Positions 1-7,021 of a DNA stretch of 22,878 nucleotides are shown piece after piece. A program made the position numbers and the translations under genes. Position 1 is the stretch's first letter; the number at the start of each line of letters is the position of its first letter. The stretch comes from a virus. The stretch is taken from the IMG/VR virus record IMGVR_UViG_3300005607_000302. One strand, 5' to 3'. Below the pieces are notes generated by a model, which searched no databases, was not told the origin of the DNA, and saw only the letters and a list, made by a program, of their open reading frames with translations.

Positions 1-1
1 G

Positions 2-469
2 CAGGAGCGGAAGTTCCGCATCGAGGACGCGCTGAACGCGACGAAGGCCGCTGCTGACGAGGGCATCGTCCCCGGTGGTGGTATGGCGCTCTTCAACGCC
101 GTGGCGAAGGTCCGAGCATTGGTCAGCGGCGCGAAAGAGGTCGACCCCGAGGAGCTCCAGGGAGCGCAAGCGGTCTTCCGCGCTTGCCTCGGCCCGCTGC
201 GCCGGATCGTCGAGAACGCAGGCCAGAGCCCCGAGGTCGTCGTCAACGAGCTCGAGAAGATGAATAAGGCGGCGCCCACCGCCAATGACAACATGGGCTA
301 CAACGCTGCGACCGGCGAGTACACCGACCTCGTCGAGGCTGGCGTCATCGACCCCGTCAAGGTGACCCGCAGCGCGTTGAAGCACGCTGCCAGCGTGGCG
401 ACGACGTTCCTGTCGCTCGATGCTGTCATCTACGAAGAGCCGGCCAAGGAACAAGCGGGCGAGCAATGA
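2..469 (+). CDS. groEL: Chaperonin GroEL (Cpn60), C-terminal fragment; 5' end lies outside the window
   Basis: Frame 2 translates from base 2 as QERKFRIEDALNATKAAADEGIVPGGGMALFNAVAKV...SLDAVIYEEP. This matches the conserved GroEL equatorial C-terminal region, including the 'EGIVPGGG' motif. The stop is at 467-469. The tail 'EEPAKEQAGEQ' lacks the usual GGM repeats. Confidence 0.9.
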   Translation, partial: QERKFRIEDALNATKAAADEGIVPGGGMALFNAVAKVRALVSGAKEVDPEELQGAQAVFRACLGPLRRIVENAGQSPEVVVNELEKMNKAAPTANDNMGYNAATGEYTDLVEAGVIDPVKVTRSALKHAASVATTFLSLDAVIYEEPAKEQAGEQ

Positions 470-618
470 GCGGCTGGGCACCACACTGGCCCACCGTCAT
501 CGTCTCGATCTTCACGGTGTTCGCAGTGACATTCGCCAAGGAGGCTGCCGTCAACTTGGCCAAGAAGATCTTCGGACGGAAGAAGGACAAGGAAGAAGAT
601 GACAGCTCCGACGACTGA
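466..618 (+). CDS. Small hydrophobic protein (50 aa, one predicted TM helix, Lys-rich then acidic tail). Its ATG overlaps the groEL stop (ATGA)
   Basis: ATG at 466-468 overlaps the groEL TGA at 467-469. Translation is MSGWAPHWPTVIVSIFTVFAVTFAKEAAVNLAKKIFGRKKDKEEDDSSDD. Third-position GC is high. It is absent from the ORF track because it is under 60 aa. Confidence 0.4.
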   Translation: MSGWAPHWPTVIVSIFTVFAVTFAKEAAVNLAKKIFGRKKDKEEDDSSDD

Positions 619-1021
619 CGTGGACATCCAAGTCGATGCCCTGATGATGGACGAGGCAGCACGGGTCGACTGGCACGCCCTGTCTGAACCCGAGGCCGCG
701 AGCTTCGGCTTGGCGATGGGACTCCTCCGCGATGTCAGTCACACCCACGAGCACCGACGGGTCGCCTGGGGGACAGCAACGGGAGGGGTCATCAGCATGT
801 CAGTGCTGGCCCTGGCGTGCATGGCCTTCGGCGCGGGCCCATGGTTTGCCCTCGGAGTGGTCATCGGCACCCAGGCCATTAGAGCCCTGGTGCTGTACCT
901 GAAGGCACACCGTGCCTCCCAGGATGTCCGCTTCGTGGAACAACAGGCCCTCGAGGTCATCAGGGAACTGGCAGCCGCCCATCCTGCCCAGCGGCAGGAT
1001 ACGTACGAAGGTGGCAGCTGA
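599..1021 (+). CDS. Hypothetical protein, 140 aa, probable membrane protein with two hydrophobic segments
   Basis: ORF with GC-rich third positions. Hydrophobic stretch is 'VISMSVLALACMAFGAGPWFALGVVIGTQAIRALVLYL'. No recognisable catalytic motif. Confidence 0.5.
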   Translation: MTAPTTDVDIQVDALMMDEAARVDWHALSEPEAASFGLAMGLLRDVSHTHEHRRVAWGTATGGVISMSVLALACMAFGAGPWFALGVVIGTQAIRALVLYLKAHRASQDVRFVEQQALEVIRELAAAHPAQRQDTYEGGS

Positions 1022-1532
1022 CGTCACCTACTACGTTTACGTCGATAGAACGCTGACTGGCGTCCCATTCTACGTAGGAAAAGGTAAGCTACGTCGCATC
1101 AATGATCTCAAGCGAAACCAAAAGCATGAGTGGGTAGTTGCAAAGCACGGCATTCAACGTACCGTTGAGTTCAAAAGCAACAATGCGAATGAAGTTGGTG
1201 ATGTCGAAAGCCAACTGATCCGGACGTACAAGACGTACGTTTACGAAAATCGTACCGTCAATCCACTCGCTTGCAATTTTACGCGAGGTGGCGACGGGGC
1301 TCCAGGGTTTCGAATGCCAGCGGCAGTTCGAGCTCAGATGAGCCATGATCGAAAAGGTCATCCTCCAACACACGGAAAATCTGTCGTCCAATGTGATCAT
1401 GATGGACATGTGATTGCTACGTACGTAACGATGAGCGCTGCAGCTCGTGCTGTCGGTGGACATCGTACTCGTATCCGAGCATGTCTTGACGGTAAGTTGT
1501 CAACATACCTGGGATTCACATGGAAAAGATAG
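1011..1532 (+). CDS. GIY-YIG homing endonuclease (I-TevI/Seg-like, with NUMOD-like and C-terminal HTH region). Start is uncertain: GTG 1011 is favoured, and the track ORF starts at 912
   Basis: N-terminal 'YYVYVDRTLTGVPFYVGKG' is the GIY-YIG motif. 'SHDRKGHPPTHGKS' is NUMOD3-like. The C-terminal 'AARAVGGHRTRIRACLDGKLSTYLGFTWK' is like the Seg/I-TevI DNA-binding tail. GC is markedly lower than in the flanks. It is a paralog of the gene at 16291-16797. Confidence 0.8.
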   Translation: MAADVTYYVYVDRTLTGVPFYVGKGKLRRINDLKRNQKHEWVVAKHGIQRTVEFKSNNANEVGDVESQLIRTYKTYVYENRTVNPLACNFTRGGDGAPGFRMPAAVRAQMSHDRKGHPPTHGKSVVQCDHDGHVIATYVTMSAAARAVGGHRTRIRACLDGKLSTYLGFTWKR

Positions 1533-1744
1533 TTCCAGGTGATCTTGTCGTTCGTCGTATTCGATGGCACGTCGATGCCAACCTGATGGGGCTAGTCATC
1601 GGTCGCGAGAACGGCTCGTGGCTGGTGCTGTGGACGACGGGCGACCAACGCAGCGAGTTCAAGTGGCACCTGCCCGATGCGTTGCAGGTCGTTGACCTCC
1701 GCGACGTGCCTGACCTCGCTGCCCGGGGATCGCTCCACCCATGA
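1520..1744 (+). CDS. Small protein, 74 aa, member of the 'PGD-V' family (N-terminal MEKIVPGDLVV)
   Basis: ORF overlaps the HEG stop. The N-terminal hydrophobic-PGDLVV motif is shared with at least eight other small ORFs in the window. GC3 is high. Confidence 0.55.
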   Translation: MEKIVPGDLVVRRIRWHVDANLMGLVIGRENGSWLVLWTTGDQRSEFKWHLPDALQVVDLRDVPDLAARGSLHP

Positions 1745-1998
1745 AGCCGTCCTTCCTGCCCGGAGACGCAGTGACAGTCGTACCCGTCCACTTGACGGGT
1801 TCGCTCCGGGTACCTGCCCTCGTCATCAGCGTCCAGCCCTCAGACCAGGTCCCTGACGCAGTCGAACGTGGGCTCGGCGAACTGCAACCCTTCAAGTACT
1901 GGGTGATGTCGTACGGTGACACGCCGTGGGGCATCAAGTTCTGGGGTCCCTTCCGAGCGTTTGAGCTGAAGTCGCAGTGGGAGGCCGATGGCGCGTGA
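1741..1998 (+). CDS. Small protein, 85 aa, PGD-V family (MKPSFLPGDAVTVV)
   Basis: ATGA overlap with the upstream stop. The family motif is present. Confidence 0.55.
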   Translation: MKPSFLPGDAVTVVPVHLTGSLRVPALVISVQPSDQVPDAVERGLGELQPFKYWVMSYGDTPWGIKFWGPFRAFELKSQWEADGA

Positions 1999-2335
1999 CT
2001 GGCTGCCCGGCGACCTCGTTGTCGTCCTTGAGTCGAGCCTGATCGCGCGCTGCGGCACCGAGATCGAGCAGTTCACCCGCGGCATGCAGCTGGGCCTCGT
2101 CATCCAACGCTCCCACCAGTGGACGGAACCGAACACCCTCCAGGAAGAGTCGCACATGTACTACATCGTCTTCTTCGGTAGCGTGGTCGGACCCCAACGC
2201 ATGTTCCCACACGAAAGAGACGACAGCGTCATGTCGCCGGGCTTCTACCGGGTGCCGGGCAACCGCATCATCCACCCTGACGAGGTCAACAACCCAGCAC
2301 GGTTGTTTGGGTCACACCGCGGCCCCGTAGAATAA
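1988..2335 (+). CDS. Small protein, 115 aa, PGD-V family (MARDWLPGDLVVVL)
   Basis: 11-nt overlap with the upstream gene. Family motif present. GC3 is high. Confidence 0.6.
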   Translation: MARDWLPGDLVVVLESSLIARCGTEIEQFTRGMQLGLVIQRSHQWTEPNTLQEESHMYYIVFFGSVVGPQRMFPHERDDSVMSPGFYRVPGNRIIHPDEVNNPARLFGSHRGPVE

Positions 2336-2617
2336 TCAGGTGCTGCCGGAGGTGGGCAACTGCCGGCTCTCCACGCGCCAATTCTTGGGCAGGTCTCGAG
2401 CATAGCACGAGAACATCGCGATGCGATCATTGGTCAGCAGGCGCAAGCGGATCCGGCCCCGGCTGACGCGCCAGACCTGGAGGACGAGGCCCACGTCTCC
2501 GGGTTCGACCCAGACTCCGTCGCCGCCTCGTTCCCAGTCGGATTCCCATGCACGCATCCGGTGGACTGCACGAACCATGTCGCCGGGGAAGACATCGTCA
2601 GTAGGCATCGATCGCAA
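2336..2617 (-). CDS. Small protein, 93 aa, PGD-V family (DDVFPGDMVRAV, with a second 'EPGDVGLVL')
   Basis: Minus-strand ORF, convergent with and abutting the gene at 1988-2335. Family motif present. Confidence 0.5.
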   Translation of the reverse strand: MRSMPTDDVFPGDMVRAVHRMRAWESDWERGGDGVWVEPGDVGLVLQVWRVSRGRIRLRLLTNDRIAMFSCYARDLPKNWRVESRQLPTSGST

Positions 2618-2831
2618 TCGCCCATTTGTTCTGGAATGTGCTTGATTCTACATTGAACATCCGCAGTTTGCAACGTTTGGCATCGAGCACCCAGACGTGA
2701 AGCTGTCGCCAGGGACCTGGGTACTCTTCTACCTCAACGTGGTAGACAAGGTAGAACCCATCGTCTGGGATGTCACGTCTGTAGATCAGGGTCCCGGGAG
2801 CGAGGTGCTTGAGCCACTCCTCACTCGTCAT
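2598..2831 (-). CDS. Small protein, 77 aa, a divergent member of the same family (LAPGTLIYRRD)
   Basis: Overlaps its neighbours by 20 nt and 11 nt within a minus-strand operon. Confidence 0.45.
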   Translation of the reverse strand: MTSEEWLKHLAPGTLIYRRDIPDDGFYLVYHVEVEEYPGPWRQLHVWVLDAKRCKLRMFNVESSTFQNKWAIAIDAY

Positions 2832-3027
2832 TGATCCTCTCGATCGCTTCGGACAACACGCCGCCGTAGCCCACGCAGACGTTCTTGAACTGCAACCTCG
2901 GCGTCATGACGAGCATGTCAACGCCGCCCTTAAACGGCACGACCGCGATCACCAAGCAGGGACCGCGGTCTTCGCCAATCAGGCCCGAGAACGTGATCAA
3001 GTCACCGGGCCTGACTTTCTTCTTCAC
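2821..3027 (-). CDS. Small protein, 68 aa, PGD-V family (MKKKVRPGDLITFSGLIGEDRG), KOW-like
   Basis: The start overlaps the stop of the lipoprotein gene. Family motif present. Confidence 0.5.
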   Translation of the reverse strand: MKKKVRPGDLITFSGLIGEDRGPCLVIAVVPFKGGVDMLVMTPRLQFKNVCVGYGGVLSEAIERINDE

Positions 3028-3683
3028 TTCTTCTTCGGAGTCGCCTTCTTCGGTGTGGGAGCCGGAGCCGGCGCGGCCTCCTCTTCCTTCGGAGCAACGG
3101 GCGGAGCCTTGATGACCAACGTTTGGGTGATGGTCGCCATCAGCTTCGCGTCGTCCTTGGTCATCGGAGCGATGGAGATGACGGCGTATCCCATGTTGTT
3201 GGCGACGTCGACGGTGACGAAGACTCCGACGAAGACCCCCTTGTCGGTGAGGACTTGGGTGATGCTCGCTGGACGGTCCTTGAAGTCGCCAGCCTGGCGC
3301 TGGACATCGGTGACGGTGACGCCGTCGGGGACCATGTTCTCGACCGCCAACGACATGATCCTGACAAACACCTCCGGCGGAACGTCGTTGAGGGGCTGCG
3401 CTGCGACCTGGAGACGGGCGGGCTTCGTGGTCGCCGTCTTCGGCCGCTCCACGGTGACTCCCGATTCGCTGTCATCGCTGACTGTCCAGTCGCCGGGAAC
3501 GGTGATCGACCACGCTTGGTGATCGATGACCCTGGTCTCCGGGACCGGTGCCGGAGCGACTGCGGCCGGCGGCCGAACCATCGCGACGATCTCCGGCTTC
3601 GGGGGGACGGGTTGGGGCGGCGGCGCTGATGCGCCACACGCCGTGAGTGCGAGCGCCAGTGCGGCGACTGCGAAACGCTTCAT
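3024..3683 (-). CDS. Lipoprotein, 219 aa: signal peptide with lipobox LTAC-G, a Pro-rich linker, a globular domain and a Lys-rich C-terminal tail
   Basis: N-terminus is MKRFAVAALALALTACGASAPPPQP, a type II signal peptide with a lipobox. A GGAGGT RBS lies 7 nt upstream of the ATG. Pro/Ala-rich linkers are present. Confidence 0.65.
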   Translation of the reverse strand: MKRFAVAALALALTACGASAPPPQPVPPKPEIVAMVRPPAAVAPAPVPETRVIDHQAWSITVPGDWTVSDDSESGVTVERPKTATTKPARLQVAAQPLNDVPPEVFVRIMSLAVENMVPDGVTVTDVQRQAGDFKDRPASITQVLTDKGVFVGVFVTVDVANNMGYAVISIAPMTKDDAKLMATITQTLVIKAPPVAPKEEEAAPAPAPTPKKATPKKK

Positions 3684-3727
3684 GGGTGGAACCTCCAGAT
3701 CCTCACCCTACACCCCCACGCGAGCTG

Positions 3728-3982
3728 TTACACCTCGTCGCGAAGGTGCGCTTTCACTGCGAACCCACAGCGGCAGTTGAAGACTAGCCAGAAGCTGGCT
3801 GGAGAAGCCGTTATCGCTTTCGCTTGTGGGTGGGAGTCACCGCACCGGGGGCAGATGCCGTGGGTGATGTCGGTGATGAAGGGCAGGTCACGTGTCACAC
3901 GCTTGTGCTGGAGCATCCACAGCCGTGAAAGGATAGCGAGAACGACGAGGGTGGATACGACTAGGAGTACAAGTGGAGGCAT
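3728..3982 (-). CDS. Small membrane-anchored protein, 84 aa, with a CxxC...CxC zinc-ribbon-like C-terminal part
   Basis: N-terminal TM helix is MPPLVLLVVSTLVVLAILSRLW. Cys pairs are CPRCG and CRCG. Confidence 0.45.
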   Translation of the reverse strand: MPPLVLLVVSTLVVLAILSRLWMLQHKRVTRDLPFITDITHGICPRCGDSHPQAKAITASPASFWLVFNCRCGFAVKAHLRDEV

Positions 3983-3988
3983 CTAGAG

Positions 3989-4336
3989 TCAGATCTCGGT
4001 CCCACGCTTGTCGTCTTGGAGTGGGGGATCTGCCTGGGGGATTTGTTGGGTTGACGGAGGAGCGAAGAAGAACCTCGGGATTCGTCGGATCTCCTTTGCA
4101 ACGGGGCACCGACAGACGACGTTGCCGCTGACGATGTCCAGTTGCGTCCCTGGGGGACACGATGCCAGGATTTCCTCTCCATCATGAACTGTCACGACGA
4201 CTTCCTGGCACTGTGGGAGCGACACCGGCACTGGGTCGGGATCGTGCCCGAAGCTAACTATCACGCTCAGGGCCAGGCCCACGGCACTCGCCAGGACCAG
4301 CCCATCGGTCCACACCTTCGGGCGTTCCGTCCACAT
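3989..4336 (-). CDS. Secreted or membrane-anchored Cys-containing protein, about 115 aa. The track ORF extends to 4435; the ATG near 4336 (MWTERPK...) is favoured
   Basis: A hydrophobic signal-anchor 'GLVLASAVGLALSVIVSF' follows MWTERPKVWTD. The longer N-terminus would overlap the divergent gene at 4377. Confidence 0.4.
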   Translation of the reverse strand: MWTERPKVWTDGLVLASAVGLALSVIVSFGHDPDPVPVSLPQCQEVVVTVHDGEEILASCPPGTQLDIVSGNVVCRCPVAKEIRRIPRFFFAPPSTQQIPQADPPLQDDKRGTEI

Positions 4337-4376
4337 GCTCAATTCTGGCCCAATGCGGTAGAGTTCTACAAGACAC

Positions 4377-5204
4377 ATGACGGCAGCATTCACGATGTCA
4401 CGCCAGGAGGAGCCCTTTCTCCGTCTGTGGTGCAACTACTACTGCAGCGAACTCGGGGCGGAGAACGTCTGGGTTCTGGTCGAACCGGGGGACGAGACGG
4501 TAGAACCCGCCACGTCAAGGTGGCCTGGCATCCACGTTGTGGAGCTGCCCGCGCCCGATGGCCTAGCGTTCAACGAACGTTGGCGGACAGACATCGTGTG
4601 GGAGTGGCAGGGCAAGCTGCTCGGGTCGCGTTACAAGAGCGTCATCTTTTCGGACACAGATGAGCTACTGATCCCCAACGACGGGAAGACGTTGTTGCAG
4701 TACTGCCAACGGTTCGAGGTGCTCCGGACAGAGCCCTACCTGCGTGCGGTCGGTTGGAACGTCATCCAAGACGTTGACAACGAGCCGGCTTTTGAACGTG
4801 TCGACGGAGCACGCATCCTGGAACACCGCAAGTCGATGTGGCGGATGCCGAAGATGGACAAGACGCTGCTGGTCAAGCAGCAGACATCGTACTCTGGCGG
4901 GTTCCACCACGTCTGGGTCGCACGTGACAAGGGATGGAGGATCGAGGTCCCGCTGGAGGAGACGCTCGACCTGTGCCACCTCCAGCTGTTTGACTTGCAG
5001 GTCTACCTCGATCGTCACAAGCGACGTGAGATGACGATGCCTCCGCACCCCGACTACTACAACCGCATCTACACTTGCGGCGAAGTCGAAGAAGCAAAGA
5101 ACTACTTCCGGACCCACGAGGTCACGTGGGGACACGGCTCACCCATCCCATACGGGGACGAGAAACCGGTGCCCCAGCACTGGAAGGACAAGGTGGTGTA
5201 CTGA
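4377..5204 (+). CDS. Putative glycosyltransferase, 275 aa (GT-A fold, DxD motif 'IFSDTDELL')
   Basis: A hydrophobic beta-strand followed by 'SDTDE' is typical of nucleotide-sugar transferases. No TM segment. The family assignment is tentative. Confidence 0.5.
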   Translation: MTAAFTMSRQEEPFLRLWCNYYCSELGAENVWVLVEPGDETVEPATSRWPGIHVVELPAPDGLAFNERWRTDIVWEWQGKLLGSRYKSVIFSDTDELLIPNDGKTLLQYCQRFEVLRTEPYLRAVGWNVIQDVDNEPAFERVDGARILEHRKSMWRMPKMDKTLLVKQQTSYSGGFHHVWVARDKGWRIEVPLEETLDLCHLQLFDLQVYLDRHKRREMTMPPHPDYYNRIYTCGEVEEAKNYFRTHEVTWGHGSPIPYGDEKPVPQHWKDKVVY

Positions 5205-5908
5205 TGACGCTCCCTCTCGTGTCGATGTTGCTCCCCTGCCGGGGACGCTACGAGGGCACCAGACAATCCCTCGAGTCGTTGAAGCTGGCTACTGACCCGT
5301 CCCGGATCGAGGTTCTCGTGCGGTGCGACGATGACGACCCGCAGACAGCAGAGATCATGAAGGAGGAGTGGCCCTTCGTGACCAAGACCTTCGTCGGACC
5401 CAGGGGCAACGGCTATGCAGACCTGCATCACATGTACAACCAGCTGGCGGCTGAAGCCGCTGGGACGTTCCTGTTCCTGTGGAACAACGATGCCGTCATC
5501 CAGACACCCGGTTGGGACGACAAGCTGGTTCCGTTTGACGATGGGAAGCTACGCTACTTCCACGTCAGAGTGACGCCCGATGACCAGATCCTCAGCTTCC
5601 CGATCGTCCACAGGTCGTACCAGGACTGCCTCGGCCGCTACAGCGCCTGGGCCCACAACGACTCCTACGTCCATGCGGTGCTCCAACCGTTCTTCAGCCA
5701 GGGAGTCTACCAGGACGTTGACATCCACGTCCACCACCTGATCAACGACTACCTCGCCGCTGGAGATGCTCCTTCCGTCGAAGGGCGGTCGAAGTGGAGC
5801 GTGACGCGTCCCGTGCGGCGCACCGCCGAGTACCAGCAGGAGCTGCAGCGTGACCGGGAGAAGGTCGCTCAGTGGTTGGCTCGTTCAGCACATCGCAGTG
5901 AAGCCTGA
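5204..5908 (+). CDS. Putative GT2-like glycosyltransferase, 234 aa. The start is placed at ATG 5204, which overlaps the upstream TGA by 1 nt (the track ORF starts at 5075)
   Basis: 'VSMLLPCRGRYEG...IEVLVRCDDDD' resembles the GT2 N-terminal 'VSVIIPTYNR...EIIVVDDGS' pattern. 'LWNNDAVI' is a DxD-like segment. Confidence 0.5.
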   Translation: MTLPLVSMLLPCRGRYEGTRQSLESLKLATDPSRIEVLVRCDDDDPQTAEIMKEEWPFVTKTFVGPRGNGYADLHHMYNQLAAEAAGTFLFLWNNDAVIQTPGWDDKLVPFDDGKLRYFHVRVTPDDQILSFPIVHRSYQDCLGRYSAWAHNDSYVHAVLQPFFSQGVYQDVDIHVHHLINDYLAAGDAPSVEGRSKWSVTRPVRRTAEYQQELQRDREKVAQWLARSAHRSEA

Positions 5909-6098
5909 GCCACCAGTCGGGTAGGATCACCAGCCTGTTGTTGGTGAGAAGCAACACTTCGCTGGAGCTGGCAAAGACGCCGCCCGTCGAGATAACCAAC
6001 GCCTGGGTACCTTCGACGAGGATCAACTCCATGTTCCACTCCTTGTATGGGTGGGTGAGCTTGATCAGGTCACCGGGCAACAGGTCGGGGGCAGCCAC
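5742..6098 (-). CDS. Small protein, PGD-V family (MAAPDLLPGDLIKLTHPYKEW), 118-aa ORF. The C-terminal roughly 50 aa are low-complexity and antisense to the 3' end of the GT gene
   Basis: GTG start at 6098 carries the family motif. The 3' 166 nt overlap the convergent gene at 5204-5908. Confidence 0.45.
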   Translation of the reverse strand: MAAPDLLPGDLIKLTHPYKEWNMELILVEGTQALVISTGGVFASSSEVLLLTNNRLVILPDWWLRLHCDVLNEPTTERPSPGHAAAPAGTRRCAARDASRSTSTALRRKEHLQRRGSR

Positions 6099-6142
6099 GA
6101 TCGGAGTGTACTACTGACGTCACTGATGTACCTTCTCGCGAG

Positions 6143-6550
6143 ATGGAGCTGACTCTAGAGGGACCGACCACTGCACACGCTTCGGGGAACTTGACAGTCG
6201 AGCTCCCGCGGTACATGATCCCACTCGAACCCGAGGAGATGCATGACTCCCGGACGGCTCCCAACAAGGCTCAGCTTGCGCTGGCAGCGGGTCGCCATCC
6301 CAACGGGAACATCATGTTTATCACCGGGGACGGTACCATCCACGAGATCGACTGCCAGAAGCAGGGCGACCTCCCGAAGGGTGCAGTCTACCCGATCGAC
6401 AACGGCCTGACCATCGTCATCTTGCACCCGGGCCACAAGCCCTTCGAGATCGCCACGGATTGGGCGTTGGAGAACTCCAGCACCCTCCTGAGCGCAGGGG
6501 TCATGGTTGCTACCACAAAAGGGCGCCGGATCACCTATGTAGATGAGTGA
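6143..6550 (+). CDS. Hypothetical protein, 135 aa
   Basis: Strong GC3 bias in this frame compared with the antisense ORF at 6155-6559. No motif recognised. Confidence 0.55.
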   Translation: MELTLEGPTTAHASGNLTVELPRYMIPLEPEEMHDSRTAPNKAQLALAAGRHPNGNIMFITGDGTIHEIDCQKQGDLPKGAVYPIDNGLTIVILHPGHKPFEIATDWALENSSTLLSAGVMVATTKGRRITYVDE

Positions 6551-6834
6551 AGACCACACTACGCGAGCTGCGCCAAGAGATCCGGAGGTTGCTCCGCGAG
6601 TTCGGTGTCGACGATGACAACCGGTATTCAGCAGGCTTCTTCATGGACGGAGGCGGTGCCGGCTTTGGCGGAGAGACCAACCGCAGCCGCGAGAACAGCG
6701 TGATGAACCCACCCCCAGGATTGGGTGGACCCGAAGACGAAGAAGGAGACAATGGCGAAGAACAAGAGAAGGGGCAACCAGGCGTACGAGTCTACGACCA
6801 CAGCGGAGGTCAGGGAGGACCGCCTGGAGTTTGA
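6547..6834 (+). CDS. Hypothetical protein: an N-terminal basic helix 'LRELRQEIRRLLREFG' followed by a Gly/Pro/Asp-rich low-complexity tail. Its 3' end overlaps infA by about 80 nt
   Basis: GTG start overlaps the upstream TGA (GTGA). The N-terminal motif resembles that of the ORF at 16776/16803 ('LRKLLREVG'). Confidence 0.35.
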   Translation: MKTTLRELRQEIRRLLREFGVDDDNRYSAGFFMDGGGAGFGGETNRSRENSVMNPPPGLGGPEDEEGDNGEEQEKGQPGVRVYDHSGGQGGPPGV

Positions 6835-7021
6835 GGGCAACGTTGTCGAGGCGATGCCCGGCACGCTCTTCAAAGTGCAGACCACGATGGGCAACACCGT
6901 CATCTGCACGTTGGGCGGCAAGATGAGGATCAACAGGATCCGCCTGTTGCCCGGGGACAGGGTGACCATCGAAGTGTCGCCCTACGATGTGACCAAGGGC
7001 CGAGTCACCTGGAGGCATTGA
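6752..7021 (+). CDS. infA: Translation initiation factor IF-1 homolog (S1-like OB fold), 89 aa
   Basis: 'EGNVVEAMPGTLFKVQTTMGNTVICTLGGKMRINRIRLLPGDRVTIEVSPYDVTKGRVTWRH' aligns with bacterial IF-1 'EGTVLE.LPN.MFRVELENGH.V.AHISGKMRKNYIRIL.GDKV.VELTPYDLSKGRI..R'. An AAGGAG RBS lies 4-5 nt upstream of ATG 6752. Confidence 0.8.
   Translation: MAKNKRRGNQAYESTTTAEVREDRLEFEGNVVEAMPGTLFKVQTTMGNTVICTLGGKMRINRIRLLPGDRVTIEVSPYDVTKGRVTWRH

Noticed and set aside
912-1010. N-terminal 33-aa extension of the GIY-YIG ORF (GTG 912)
   Set aside because: It would overlap the upstream gene by 110 nt and precedes the conserved GIY-YIG N-terminus. The GTG at 1011 is favoured, but that choice is unproven.
2809-3637. 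ORFs 2809-3522 (+), 3123-3629 (+) and 3161-3637 (-)
   Set aside because: They overlap the lipoprotein gene in other frames or on the other strand. They are Ser/Arg/Gly-rich with no signal. The lipoprotein frame has the RBS, signal peptide and lipobox.
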